Shown one piece after another: positions 1 to 8,626 of a DNA stretch of 64,000 bases (within the stretch, counting starts at the first letter, position 1; every line of letters starts with the position of its first letter). Both the position numbers and the translations under genes were made by a program. The notes under the pieces are model-generated. The model made no database searches and was not told where the DNA came from. It saw only the letters and a list, made by a program, of their open reading frames with translations. The DNA is taken from positions 4,981 to 68,980 of the forward strand of contig CAZRBL010000009.1 of the NCBI GenBank assembly GCA_964598335.1, given 5' to 3'. The stretch is from an uncultured Rhodospirillales bacterium (GTDB taxonomy: Bacteria > Pseudomonadota > Alphaproteobacteria > CAZRBL01).

Positions 1-1713
1 ATCGCCATCTGGGCGCGCGCCGGTTCGACCAAGGAATTCTATGTCGCCGGCGGCGGCGTCCACCCGATTGCCAATGGCATGGCCACGGCGGCCGACTGGA
101 TGAGCGCGGCGTCGTTCATCTCGATGGCCGGGATCATCGCTTTCGCCGGCTATGACGGCTCGGTCTATCTGATGGGCTGGACCGGCGGCTATGTGCTGCT
201 GGCCCTGTTGCTGGCGCCTTATCTGCGCAAGTTCGGCAAGTTCACCGTGCCCGATTTCATCGGCGAGCGGTATTATTCCAGCACGGCCCGCCTGGTCGCC
301 GTGATCTGCCTGATCTTTGTTTCCTTTACCTATGTAGCGGGGCAGATGCGCGGCGTCGGGATCGTCTTCTCACGCTTTCTCGAGGTCGATATCGATACCG
401 GGGTGCTGATCGGCATGGCCGTTGTCTTCACCTATTCGGTGCTCGGCGGCATGAAGGGCATCACCTATACCCAAGTTGCGCAATATTGCGTGCTGATCTT
501 CGCCTATATGGTGCCGGCGATCTTCATCTCGATCCTGATTACCGGCAATCCGATCCCGATGCTGGGGCTCGGGTCTGACGTCGCTGACGGCTCCGGCCAG
601 TCAGTGCTGGCCAAGCTCGATAGCACGCTCGTTGATCTCGGCTTCGGCGCCTATACCGAGGCGAAGAAATCGACCATCGACATATTCGCCATCACCATGG
701 CGCTGATGGTCGGCACGGCCGGACTGCCGCATGTCATCGTCCGCTTCTTCACGGTGCCCAAGGTGTCGGATGCGCGGAAATCGGCCGGCTGGGCGCTGCT
801 GTTCATCGCGCTGCTCTATCTGACGGCGCCGGCTGTGGCGTCCTTTGCCCGCATCAACTTCATCGATAGCGTTCATCAGACGCAGTACACCGAGACCCCC
901 GGCTGGTTCCAGAACTGGGAGACGATGGGGCTGATCGGCTGGATGGACAAGGACGGCGACGGCCGGGTCAATTATGCGCCGGGTGCGCCGTTCGAGGGCA
1001 AGCCGAGCTTTAGCGGCGAGACCGGCCCCAATGGCGAACGTGTGCTGACCAACGCCCCGACGGCGTCGGCCAATGAGGTCTATGTCGACCGCGACATCAT
1101 GGTGCTTGCCAATCCCGAGATTGCGCAGCTGCCGCCATGGGTCATCGCGCTGGTTGCGGCCGGCGGGCTGGCGGCGGCGCTGTCGACCGCGGCCGGGCTG
1201 CTGCTGGTCATCTCGACGGCGATCTCGCATGATCTTCTGAAGAAAACCATGATGCCCGACATCTCCGACAAGCAGGAGCTGATGTTCGCGCGTCTGGCAG
1301 CGGTGGCGGCGATCGCGATTGCCGGCTGGTTCGGCATCAACCCGCCGGGCTTCGTTGCCCAGGTCGTCGCTTTTGCCTTCGGGCTGGCCGCATCCTCGCT
1401 GTTCCCGGCCATTCTGCTCGGCATCTTCTTCAAATGGGTGACGAAGGAGGGGGCCGTCGCCGGGATGATCGGCGGCCTCATATTCACTTTCGCGTATATT
1501 ATTTACTTCAAATTTATCAATCCTGAGCTGAACTCGGCCGAACACTGGCTGTTCGGTATCTCACCCGAAGGCATCGGTACGATCGGTATGCTGATCAATT
1601 TCGCTTTGGCGATCGGCATCAGCCGCATGACTGCCGCGCCGCCGGTCGAGGTGCAGGACATGGTTGAGGATATCCGTATCCCTGCCGGAGCCGGTATCGC
1701 CCATGATCACTGA
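1..1713 (+). CDS. actP: Cation/acetate symporter ActP (sodium:solute symporter family); 5' end lies upstream of the window.
   Basis: In-frame translation from nt 1 reads IAIWARAGSTKEFYVAGGGV...MSAASFISMAGI, matching the conserved ActP/SSF core. Multiple TM segments run to the stop at 1713. The ORF-track Met at 79 is internal. Confidence 0.75.
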   Translation: MAIWARAGSTKEFYVAGGGVHPIANGMATAADWMSAASFISMAGIIAFAGYDGSVYLMGWTGGYVLLALLLAPYLRKFGKFTVPDFIGERYYSSTARLVAVICLIFVSFTYVAGQMRGVGIVFSRFLEVDIDTGVLIGMAVVFTYSVLGGMKGITYTQVAQYCVLIFAYMVPAIFISILITGNPIPMLGLGSDVADGSGQSVLAKLDSTLVDLGFGAYTEAKKSTIDIFAITMALMVGTAGLPHVIVRFFTVPKVSDARKSAGWALLFIALLYLTAPAVASFARINFIDSVHQTQYTETPGWFQNWETMGLIGWMDKDGDGRVNYAPGAPFEGKPSFSGETGPNGERVLTNAPTASANEVYVDRDIMVLANPEIAQLPPWVIALVAAGGLAAALSTAAGLLLVISTAISHDLLKKTMMPDISDKQELMFARLAAVAAIAIAGWFGINPPGFVAQVVAFAFGLAASSLFPAILLGIFFKWVTKEGAVAGMIGGLIFTFAYIIYFKFINPELNSAEHWLFGISPEGIGTIGMLINFALAIGISRMTAAPPVEVQDMVEDIRIPAGAGIAHDH

Positions 1714-1733
1714 ATACCGCTCAGGAATTCGAT

Positions 1734-3179
1734 ATGACTGCACTTACTGCCGGGCGCCTCCTCGGCGTCGCCCTTCTGGCCGGAACCTGTCTGACCGCAC
1801 CGATCGCCGCTTTTGCTGATTCCGATCTGGAGGCCCGCGTCAGTCGCCTTGAAGGCATGCTGCAACAAATCCTGGACCGTCTGGACGATCGGGAAGAGGC
1901 TCTGACGTCTTCCGAGGCCGAAACCCTCAGCGATGCGGCAGAAACGGTTCGAGAGGCGCAGGCCGCACCTGTCACGCAGCCGGCGCAGCCGGTGGAAAGC
2001 CCGGCGTCGCCGGCAATGGCGACCGCGAGCACTGTTCAGATGCCGCCGCAATCGCCCGCGCTGCGCGGCCCGGCGCGCGACGGTTTCATGATCGGCGATA
2101 CGAATGTGACCTTCGACGGATTCATCAAGCTCGATGTCAGCCTGACCGATTTCTCCGGCGGCAGCCTGCCGAGCAGCAATATCGGCCGCGATTTCTATAT
2201 CCCCGCGCTGGTGCCTGTCGGCGGTGCCGACAGCGATCCGGTATTCGACACGAATATCCGGGAATCCCGGTTTATTTTCGGCACGCGCGGTACCTATGGC
2301 GGGATCGACGTGACCTCCCGCCTCGAACTCGATTTCCAGGTAACCAGCGGCGGCGATGAACGGATTTCCAACAGCTTCACCCCGCGCACCCGGCAGATCT
2401 ATCTGACGGTCGATGACTGGCTTTTCGGCGAGGCGTGGTCGACCTTCCAGGACGTCGCCGCATTGCCGGAAAATCTCGACTTTATCGGCCCGACCGAAGG
2501 CACGGTCTTCGTCCGCCAGCCGATGATCCGCTACACCCGTGGCGGCCTCGAGCTGGCGATCGAACAGCCCGAAACAACGGTGACCAGTCGCGCCGGCATT
2601 CGTGCCTTGCCCGGCGAAGATTTTCTGCCCGATTTCGTGGGTCGCTATCGCTGGGCCGGCGATTGGGGGCATCTCAAGATTGCCGGTATCGTCCGGGCCT
2701 TGACCGTCAATGGCGATCCGGCGCTCGGCGTCGTCGACGACACGGCGATCGGCTTCGGCGGCAGTCTGTCGGGCAAGGTCAGGATCGGCGGGTCGCGCGA
2801 TGACCTGCGCTTCATGGTGACGGCAGGGCAGGGGCTGGGCCGCTATGTCGGGCTCAACCTGATCAATGACGTTGCGATCCGGGATGACGGGTCGCTCGAT
2901 GCCATCCCGCTTTATTCCGGTTTCGTTTCCTACCGCCATTGGTGGAACGAAAAATGGCGCAGCAATATTACCGCCGGGGCGTTCTTCGCCGATAATCCGG
3001 TTCGCTTGACCGGCGGTGGCGTTACCGACAATCAGCAGAGCGGCCACCTCAATCTGATTTACTCACCGGTGCCGCAGGTCGATATTGGTATCGAAGCAAT
3101 CTATGCCCGTCGCGAATTGGAAAACGGCCTCGACGGCGCCATGCGCAAGCTGCAGTTCTCCAGCAAATACAGTTTTTGA
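1734..3179 (+). CDS. Outer-membrane porin, DcaP-like (signal peptide, N-terminal coiled coil, Ala/Pro-rich linker, beta-barrel ending in F).
   Basis: Signal peptide MTALTAGRLLGVALLAGTCLTAPIAAFA, then coiled-coil LEARVSRLEGMLQQILDRL. C-terminal alternating-hydrophobic barrel strands with terminal ...FSSKYSF. Located immediately downstream of actP. Confidence 0.6.
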   Translation: MTALTAGRLLGVALLAGTCLTAPIAAFADSDLEARVSRLEGMLQQILDRLDDREEALTSSEAETLSDAAETVREAQAAPVTQPAQPVESPASPAMATASTVQMPPQSPALRGPARDGFMIGDTNVTFDGFIKLDVSLTDFSGGSLPSSNIGRDFYIPALVPVGGADSDPVFDTNIRESRFIFGTRGTYGGIDVTSRLELDFQVTSGGDERISNSFTPRTRQIYLTVDDWLFGEAWSTFQDVAALPENLDFIGPTEGTVFVRQPMIRYTRGGLELAIEQPETTVTSRAGIRALPGEDFLPDFVGRYRWAGDWGHLKIAGIVRALTVNGDPALGVVDDTAIGFGGSLSGKVRIGGSRDDLRFMVTAGQGLGRYVGLNLINDVAIRDDGSLDAIPLYSGFVSYRHWWNEKWRSNITAGAFFADNPVRLTGGGVTDNQQSGHLNLIYSPVPQVDIGIEAIYARRELENGLDGAMRKLQFSSKYSF

Positions 3180-3209
3180 TCGGTCTCGGCGGCGGGCCCG
3201 AGGCATTCA

Positions 3210-3312
3210 CCCGTCATTGCGAGCGCCCGCAGCTCACGCGGCAATCCGGGACTTTATCCCGCCGGGGTCAACCTGGATTGCCCTGTCGCTGTCGCTCCGG
3301 GCAATGACGGCG
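3210..3312. repeat. Family-2 imperfect palindromic repeat element (CCGTCATTGCGAGC...GGCAATCC...GGATTGCC...GCAATGACGG), between convergent genes.
   Basis: Outer arms CCGTCATTGC (3211-3220) and GCAATGACGG (3301-3310). Inner arms GGCAATCCGGG and CCTGGATTGCC. Second copy at 63822-63923. Confidence 0.7.
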
Positions 3313-3316
3313 CCGT

Positions 3317-3913
3317 TTACTCCGCCTGCTGCTCTGCCAGCTGCGTGCTTTGGCTGATCAGGCGCTGGCGCCGTTCGAACGCCAGCTCCCAGTCGGGGCG
3401 GAGGCTGATGACCTCGTCGATGTCGGCGAGGGCCAGGGCGAATTCGCCGAGCGCGGCATAGGCCAGTGCCCGGTTATACAGCACTTCGGGTCGCTGATTT
3501 ATGTCGAGCGCCAGAGATTTATTGTACTCCGCGACGGCGTCGGCGAAGCGGGCACGCCTGAAAAACACATTGCCGCGGCCGACATGAACCTCGGGCAGCA
3601 TCGACTGTATTTTCCCTGCCTGATCGAAATCCGCCAGCGCGCGGTCGAATTGCCGCATATTGGTCAGCAGGATGCCGCGATTGACCAATGTTGCGGCCCG
3701 ATCGCGGCGCGAAAGATTGGCATCGGCCAGGGCCGCATCGCAGGAGCGGATTTCGCCGACACCAAGACGCGAAAACCGCGCCGCCTGGGCGCAATTGGCC
3801 GCCTCGCCGCGACCGAAAACGGTCATATAGGCTGCCGCTTGCGGCATCAGCGCAAGGCTTCCGACCAGCGAGGCCGATAGGGCGATCAGAACGGTGAGAG
3901 CGAAAGAGCGCAT
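3317..3913 (-). CDS. TPR-repeat protein with N-terminal signal peptide.
   Basis: Start trimmed to internal Met MRSFALTVLIALSASLVGSLALMPQAAAY (cat at 3911-3913). Followed by TPR-like helices (NRALAYAALGEFALALADIDEVISLRPDWELA). The long upstream extension in the ORF track is low-complexity and unlikely to be coding. Confidence 0.6.
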   Translation of the reverse strand: MRSFALTVLIALSASLVGSLALMPQAAAYMTVFGRGEAANCAQAARFSRLGVGEIRSCDAALADANLSRRDRAATLVNRGILLTNMRQFDRALADFDQAGKIQSMLPEVHVGRGNVFFRRARFADAVAEYNKSLALDINQRPEVLYNRALAYAALGEFALALADIDEVISLRPDWELAFERRQRLISQSTQLAEQQAE

Positions 3914-4027
3914 CGCGGTTCCTCGAACTCGGTAATCTCGTGTATTCTTGCGGGACCATAGCACGATGTTCTTGACGGCGGAACGTCGCCGCGCGTCTTT
4001 GATGCCGCATAAAGTGGGAGCAGCAGC

Positions 4028-5044
4028 ATGAATGCGGTGGTCGCAGAAGACGGCGCGCCGATATGGGCGTCGGTCGTTACCAGCGCCGATTTTGACGGCA
4101 GCCTGGCCTTTTATCGCGACCGGATCGGTCTTCAGATCGACGGTCCCTATCGCGTTGGCGGACAGGCCCTGGCGGCCTTGTGGCCATGGCCGCGCGATCG
4201 CGATACGCGCATCGCGCTGGCGTCGCATCCGGGCTGCCCCGTCGCGCACCTTATGCTGGTCGATGTCGGCGCTATGGGCGGCGTTGCGATCCGTCAACGC
4301 GGCGATTTGCAGACCTTCGGCCTCGGTAATCTGAACTTTTACAGCCGTGATCTGGCCGCCGCAGCGCAGGAATTGGCGGCGCTCGGTTTCGAGCTCTGGT
4401 CGCAGCCGGTCAAGCATGATTTCGACGATGCCGTGGGCAGCCCGACGGAGATCATTCTTGAAGGTCCGGATCATCTGTCGATCAATCTGATTCAGCTGAA
4501 TGAGGCCCCGCCGGATACGCGGATCGGACAAATGCGCCGCTATCTGGCCGAGATCGGCTACACGGAAACCGGCTATACCGGTGTGGTCACCAGCCTGATG
4601 ATGTGCCGCGACCTGCCCGCCTGCATCGGTTTTTACAGCGAGGTGCTGGGCATGGCGGTATTGTTCGAGGCGACGCTGGATCAGCCCGAACAGAACACGT
4701 TCATGCGCCTTCCTGCCGATGCCGTCAGCCATAGCGCCTTCATGCAGGGTGGGCACATGTTCGGCAAAATGGCGCTGACGCAACTCGAGAACGTTGCCTG
4801 CGATGACGCGGATGATCGCTTCGTTTTTCCGAATATCGGCTACATCGCCCAGATCGCCGTCCGGCCGGATATCGAGCTTGCCTACGCGGCGGCACGGAAT
4901 CTCGACGCAAGAATCATCCGGCCGCCAGGCGACATTGATTTGCCGCTGCTCGGCCGCTGTCGCGCCTTCACCTGCTGGCCGTCCGGCGGGGCAGGGCTGG
5001 TAACGGTGGTCGAACGGCCGGCTATTGCTGCGAACAGCAACTAG
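4028..5044 (+). CDS. VOC (glyoxalase/bleomycin-resistance/dioxygenase) family protein, two-domain.
   Basis: 338 aa. Two tandem beta-alpha-beta-beta-beta modules typical of VOC proteins (FYRDRIGLQID... and ...FYSEVLGMAVLFEA). Confidence 0.5.
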   Translation: MNAVVAEDGAPIWASVVTSADFDGSLAFYRDRIGLQIDGPYRVGGQALAALWPWPRDRDTRIALASHPGCPVAHLMLVDVGAMGGVAIRQRGDLQTFGLGNLNFYSRDLAAAAQELAALGFELWSQPVKHDFDDAVGSPTEIILEGPDHLSINLIQLNEAPPDTRIGQMRRYLAEIGYTETGYTGVVTSLMMCRDLPACIGFYSEVLGMAVLFEATLDQPEQNTFMRLPADAVSHSAFMQGGHMFGKMALTQLENVACDDADDRFVFPNIGYIAQIAVRPDIELAYAAARNLDARIIRPPGDIDLPLLGRCRAFTCWPSGGAGLVTVVERPAIAANSN

Positions 5045-5082
5045 CCTGTCTCGTTTCTTGCGCCGAGACGCTCGACCCTTGC

Positions 5083-5103
5083 CCTTGAGCCTTGAGCCTT
5101 GAG
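5083..5103. repeat. Three perfect tandem copies of the heptamer CCTTGAG in the intergenic region upstream of dcp.
   Basis: Read directly: ccttgag ccttgag ccttgag at 5083-5103. Confidence 0.8.
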
Positions 5104-5286
5104 CTGAGTGACAAGGGCGGGTTCGGCGGTTCCCGCCTGGACTTCGGCGCGGACCAGCCGGCGCTTCGTTTTGTCATCGATCAGGGCTAAAGCTTGCCGC
5201 CCCTTGCCTGGCGTGAGATATTGGCTAGTTCCGAGTCCGGCGTCGACTGCCGTTGACTCCCAGACTTCAAATCAGGAGAGCGCCTT

Positions 5287-7419
5287 ATGCCTCGCGACGA
5301 TGTTGCGCAGAACCCGCTATTGCAGCCTTCAACCGTGCCGAACGGCGCGCCGCCTTTCGACAGGGTGACGCTTGAGCATTTCAAACCGGCTTTTGAGGCA
5401 ACGATCGAAGCGGCCCGCGAGAAAATCGCGGCGATCCGCGACAATGAAGCGGTTCCCGATTTCCAGAACACGATCGCGGCACTGGAAGCCGCCGATCACG
5501 AGCTCGGCCGTGTCAGCTCGATTTTCTTCAATCTGCTGAGCGCAGAAAGCAATGACGAGATGCAGGCGCTGGCGCAGGAAATCAGCCCGATCCTGTCCGA
5601 TTTCTCCAATGACGTGATGCTGGATGAGGCGCTGTATGCGCGCGTCAAGAGCGTCTGGGACAATCGCGATAAGCTCGATCTGACCGTCGAACAGGCGACA
5701 TTGCTGGAGAACAGCTATCTCGGCTTTGTCCGCAATGGCGCCGAGCTCGATGAAAAGGGTAAGGCACGCAAGCGCGAAATCGACGCCCGGCTTTCGCAGT
5801 TAAGCAATACCTTCAGCGATAACTCACGCAAGGCGACCAAGGCTTATTTGCTGGTCATTGATGACGAAGCCCGGCTTGCCGGTTTGCCCGAAAGCGCGAA
5901 AGCGGCGGCGTCAGAGACGGCCGCGGAGAAGGGTCATCACGGCAAATGGGCCTTCACCCTCGACATCCCCAGCTATCTGCCGCTCATGCAGTCGGCGGAA
6001 GATCGGGCCTTGCGCGAAGAAATCTGGCGCGCTCGCAGCCGCACCGCTCTCGGCGGCGAGTTCGATAATGCGCCGGTCATCCAGGAAATCGTCAAGCTGC
6101 GTGGCGAGCGGGCCGAGCTGCTGGGCTATGAGACCCACGCCGATTATGTCCTTGAACGCCGCATGGCGAAGACGCCCGGCACGGTGCATGACTTCCTTGA
6201 GAAAATCAAAACCGTGGCCAAGCCGGCCGCCAAGAAGGATTTCGAGGAATTGCAGGCTTTTGCCCGCGAGCAGGGCGGCCCCGACAAGCTGGAAGCCTGG
6301 GACACCGCCTTCTATGCCGAGAAGCTTCGGAAAGAGAAATTCGATTTCGACGATGAAGCACTGCGGCCCTATTTCCCGGTCGACCGCGTCATCGACGGCG
6401 CCTTCGGCGCGGCGGAAAAGCTGTTCGACATCCGCTTCGAGAAATCAGACGCCTATCCGGTCTATCACCAGGATGTCACCACCTATGATGTCTATGACAA
6501 GAACAGCAATGAGCTGATCGGCGTATTCTATACCGACTTCTTCCCGCGTGACGGCAAGCGGGGCGGCGCCTGGATGACGACCTATCGCGATGCCGGCATG
6601 TATGACGGCGAAAAGAAGGTGCCGCTGGTCAGCATCGTCTGCAATTTCACCAAGCCCGTCGGCGGCAAGCCGGCATTGCTGACGCATGACGAGGTCACCA
6701 CGCTGTTCCATGAATTCGGTCATTCTCTGCACGGGCTGCTGGGCGAAGGCGAGCATCCGTCGCTGACCGGGACAAATGTGTTCTGGGACTTCGTCGAGCT
6801 GCCGAGCCAGTTGATGGAAAACTGGTGCTATGAAAAAGAGGCGCTGGACATGTTCGCGCAGCACCATGAAACCGGCGAGCCGATCCCCGAAGAGCTGATC
6901 CGCAAGCTCAATGACGGCCGCACCTTCATGGCCGGCAGTGCGGCGCTGCGCCAGGTCAGCCTCGGCACGCTCGATATGGCCTATCACGGCAAGGCCGGGA
7001 AGCAGGGTATCGACGATGTTGAAGCTTTCGAGGACAGTGTTACCGCCGATCTGCGCTTCACGGACCGTCAGGGCGCCGTGATGAGCACCGGCTTCGGCCA
7101 TCTTTTCGCGGGCGGGTATTCTGCCGGCTATTACAGCTATAAATGGGCCGAAGTGCTGGATGCCGACGCCTTCGAGGCGTTCCAGGAAGCCGGCATTTTT
7201 GACAAGGAAACCGCCTCGCGCTTCCGCGACAACGTTCTGTCAAAAGGCGGAACCGAGCCGCCGGATGTTCTCTATCGCCGCTTCCGCGGTCGCGATGCCG
7301 ATCCCGATGCGCTGCTGCGCCGGGATGGTTTGCTGCCGCCGAAAGATCCGAAGGGACCGCAAGGCCCGCGCGGCTATGCGGCGTCCTCCAGCTCGATGGC
7401 GGCTCAGCCGGTCTGGTGA
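5287..7419 (+). CDS. dcp: Peptidyl-dipeptidase Dcp (M3 family zinc metallopeptidase).
   Basis: HEFGHSLHGLL zinc motif (HEXXH). N-terminus NPLLQPSTVPNGAPPFDRV resembles E. coli Dcp NPFLVQSTLPYLAPHFDQI. About 700 aa. Confidence 0.8.
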   Translation: MPRDDVAQNPLLQPSTVPNGAPPFDRVTLEHFKPAFEATIEAAREKIAAIRDNEAVPDFQNTIAALEAADHELGRVSSIFFNLLSAESNDEMQALAQEISPILSDFSNDVMLDEALYARVKSVWDNRDKLDLTVEQATLLENSYLGFVRNGAELDEKGKARKREIDARLSQLSNTFSDNSRKATKAYLLVIDDEARLAGLPESAKAAASETAAEKGHHGKWAFTLDIPSYLPLMQSAEDRALREEIWRARSRTALGGEFDNAPVIQEIVKLRGERAELLGYETHADYVLERRMAKTPGTVHDFLEKIKTVAKPAAKKDFEELQAFAREQGGPDKLEAWDTAFYAEKLRKEKFDFDDEALRPYFPVDRVIDGAFGAAEKLFDIRFEKSDAYPVYHQDVTTYDVYDKNSNELIGVFYTDFFPRDGKRGGAWMTTYRDAGMYDGEKKVPLVSIVCNFTKPVGGKPALLTHDEVTTLFHEFGHSLHGLLGEGEHPSLTGTNVFWDFVELPSQLMENWCYEKEALDMFAQHHETGEPIPEELIRKLNDGRTFMAGSAALRQVSLGTLDMAYHGKAGKQGIDDVEAFEDSVTADLRFTDRQGAVMSTGFGHLFAGGYSAGYYSYKWAEVLDADAFEAFQEAGIFDKETASRFRDNVLSKGGTEPPDVLYRRFRGRDADPDALLRRDGLLPPKDPKGPQGPRGYAASSSSMAAQPVW

Positions 7420-7910
7420 CCCGTCAGAGCCTGTTCAATGTCCCTGACCAGGGCGTCGATCCGTTTGCGGTTGACGCCCATGTCGCTATAGCCGAAATGC
7501 GCACGGCTATAGGCGGAAAGGGATGATTGCTCTTCGCCCGACGGCTCGATCCGCAGGCTGATAAAGTCGGGAAAGCCGATCAGGCGGCTGCGCTGCATTG
7601 CCTCCAGCCGCAGACCATCCTCGCTTTCGCTGAGGATACGGGTGCGCGGCATGTCGCGCAGCACCTTGCGCGAGGCTTGAGCCACGGCGGCTGCAGGCTG
7701 ATCGAAGCGGATGGCCGGTCGGTCCGCCGCATCACCGTCCATCATCAGATAATCATTCGGTTTGCCGGTCCGCTCGAGCGCCTGCCAGTTGGTCAGCGCT
7801 TGATATCGTTGCGGAATTTTGGGCGATGCCACCATAAGCCGCAGCGAGAGAAACAGCGCCGCGGCGATCAGGATTGCGGTCAATGCGGCGCCAAGCGGGA
7901 AATCGGCCAT
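7404..7910 (-). CDS. DUF1499-family membrane-anchored protein.
   Basis: 168 aa with an N-terminal TM helix. The conserved C-terminal SLRIEPSGEEQSSLSAYSRAHFGYSDMGVNRKRIDAL is reminiscent of DUF1499. Overlaps the dcp 3' end by 16 nt (convergent). Confidence 0.45.
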   Translation of the reverse strand: MADFPLGAALTAILIAAALFLSLRLMVASPKIPQRYQALTNWQALERTGKPNDYLMMDGDAADRPAIRFDQPAAAVAQASRKVLRDMPRTRILSESEDGLRLEAMQRSRLIGFPDFISLRIEPSGEEQSSLSAYSRAHFGYSDMGVNRKRIDALVRDIEQALTGHQTG

Positions 7911-7918
7911 CCAGGCAG

Positions 7919-8536
7919 CTATAGCGATGCGGTTTCAATAATGCCGAGGAGGCCGTCAATGCCCTGACGCTCGGCAATGGCGGCGAACTCATCGCGCTTG
8001 ATCAGGATCGGCGATACGCCCTCAGCCCGGAAGTTCAGAATGCGGTAACGGCCCTGATCATCGCAGCGGATTTGCCAGCTTATCGTGATCGGGTCGCCGC
8101 CATTTGTCGGCACGATTTCCGAGATGACGCCGAACTGGTCCTCGCGGCGTAATGCCCGGGCGCTCTCCAGCTGCATCGCGCTTTTCACCATACGGATGAT
8201 GTCATCGCCGAACAGGGCGGCGAAATATGCCGGGAACGCTTCATAATAGCGGCTGAGCTGGATGTCGTCGGCTTGCTGGCGATAACCGCCGAGCATGGCG
8301 CGGGCAACGTAATCAAGGTCGAAGGCATCCTCGAACAGCGTCAGCACGGCGGCTTGCCGTGCCTGCGGATCCCAATCGCTGCGCTCGGCAATAGGCACCG
8401 CGCGGTCGGCGAGCCTGGCGACAAAGCGCTGCGCACCTTCGGGCGTGCAGGCCGGGGCCGCGATGTCGGCATCCGGTGAGGCTGCAGCCGGCAGGCCGAT
8501 CATCGTCAGGAACAGGAATATCGGGAAAAAGCGCAT
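7919..8536 (-). CDS. MlaC/Ttg2D-family periplasmic lipid-binding protein (HpnM-like).
   Basis: Signal peptide MRFFPIFLFLTMIGLPAAAS. Motif DYVARAMLGGYRQQ...FPAYFAALFGDDIIRMVKS is typical of the toluene-tolerance Ttg2D/MlaC fold. Sits directly downstream of the MMPL/RND gene on the same strand. Confidence 0.5.
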   Translation of the reverse strand: MRFFPIFLFLTMIGLPAAASPDADIAAPACTPEGAQRFVARLADRAVPIAERSDWDPQARQAAVLTLFEDAFDLDYVARAMLGGYRQQADDIQLSRYYEAFPAYFAALFGDDIIRMVKSAMQLESARALRREDQFGVISEIVPTNGGDPITISWQIRCDDQGRYRILNFRAEGVSPILIKRDEFAAIAERQGIDGLLGIIETASL

Positions 8537-8626
8537 GGAATTGGGCCGTAAAGCCGAATCGGTTAAGGGCGTAACGATAACTTATGGCGATAAATGCGGC
8601 GATGCTGGGACCGGCACAAGGTCTGT

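Noticed and set aside
601-3047. Long antisense ORFs (601-1545, 1080-1487, 1707-3047 on the minus strand) overlapping actP and the porin gene.
   Set aside because: Their translations are low-complexity and Arg/Gly/Pro-rich, as expected for non-coding frames in high-GC DNA. The plus-strand genes have recognisable homology.
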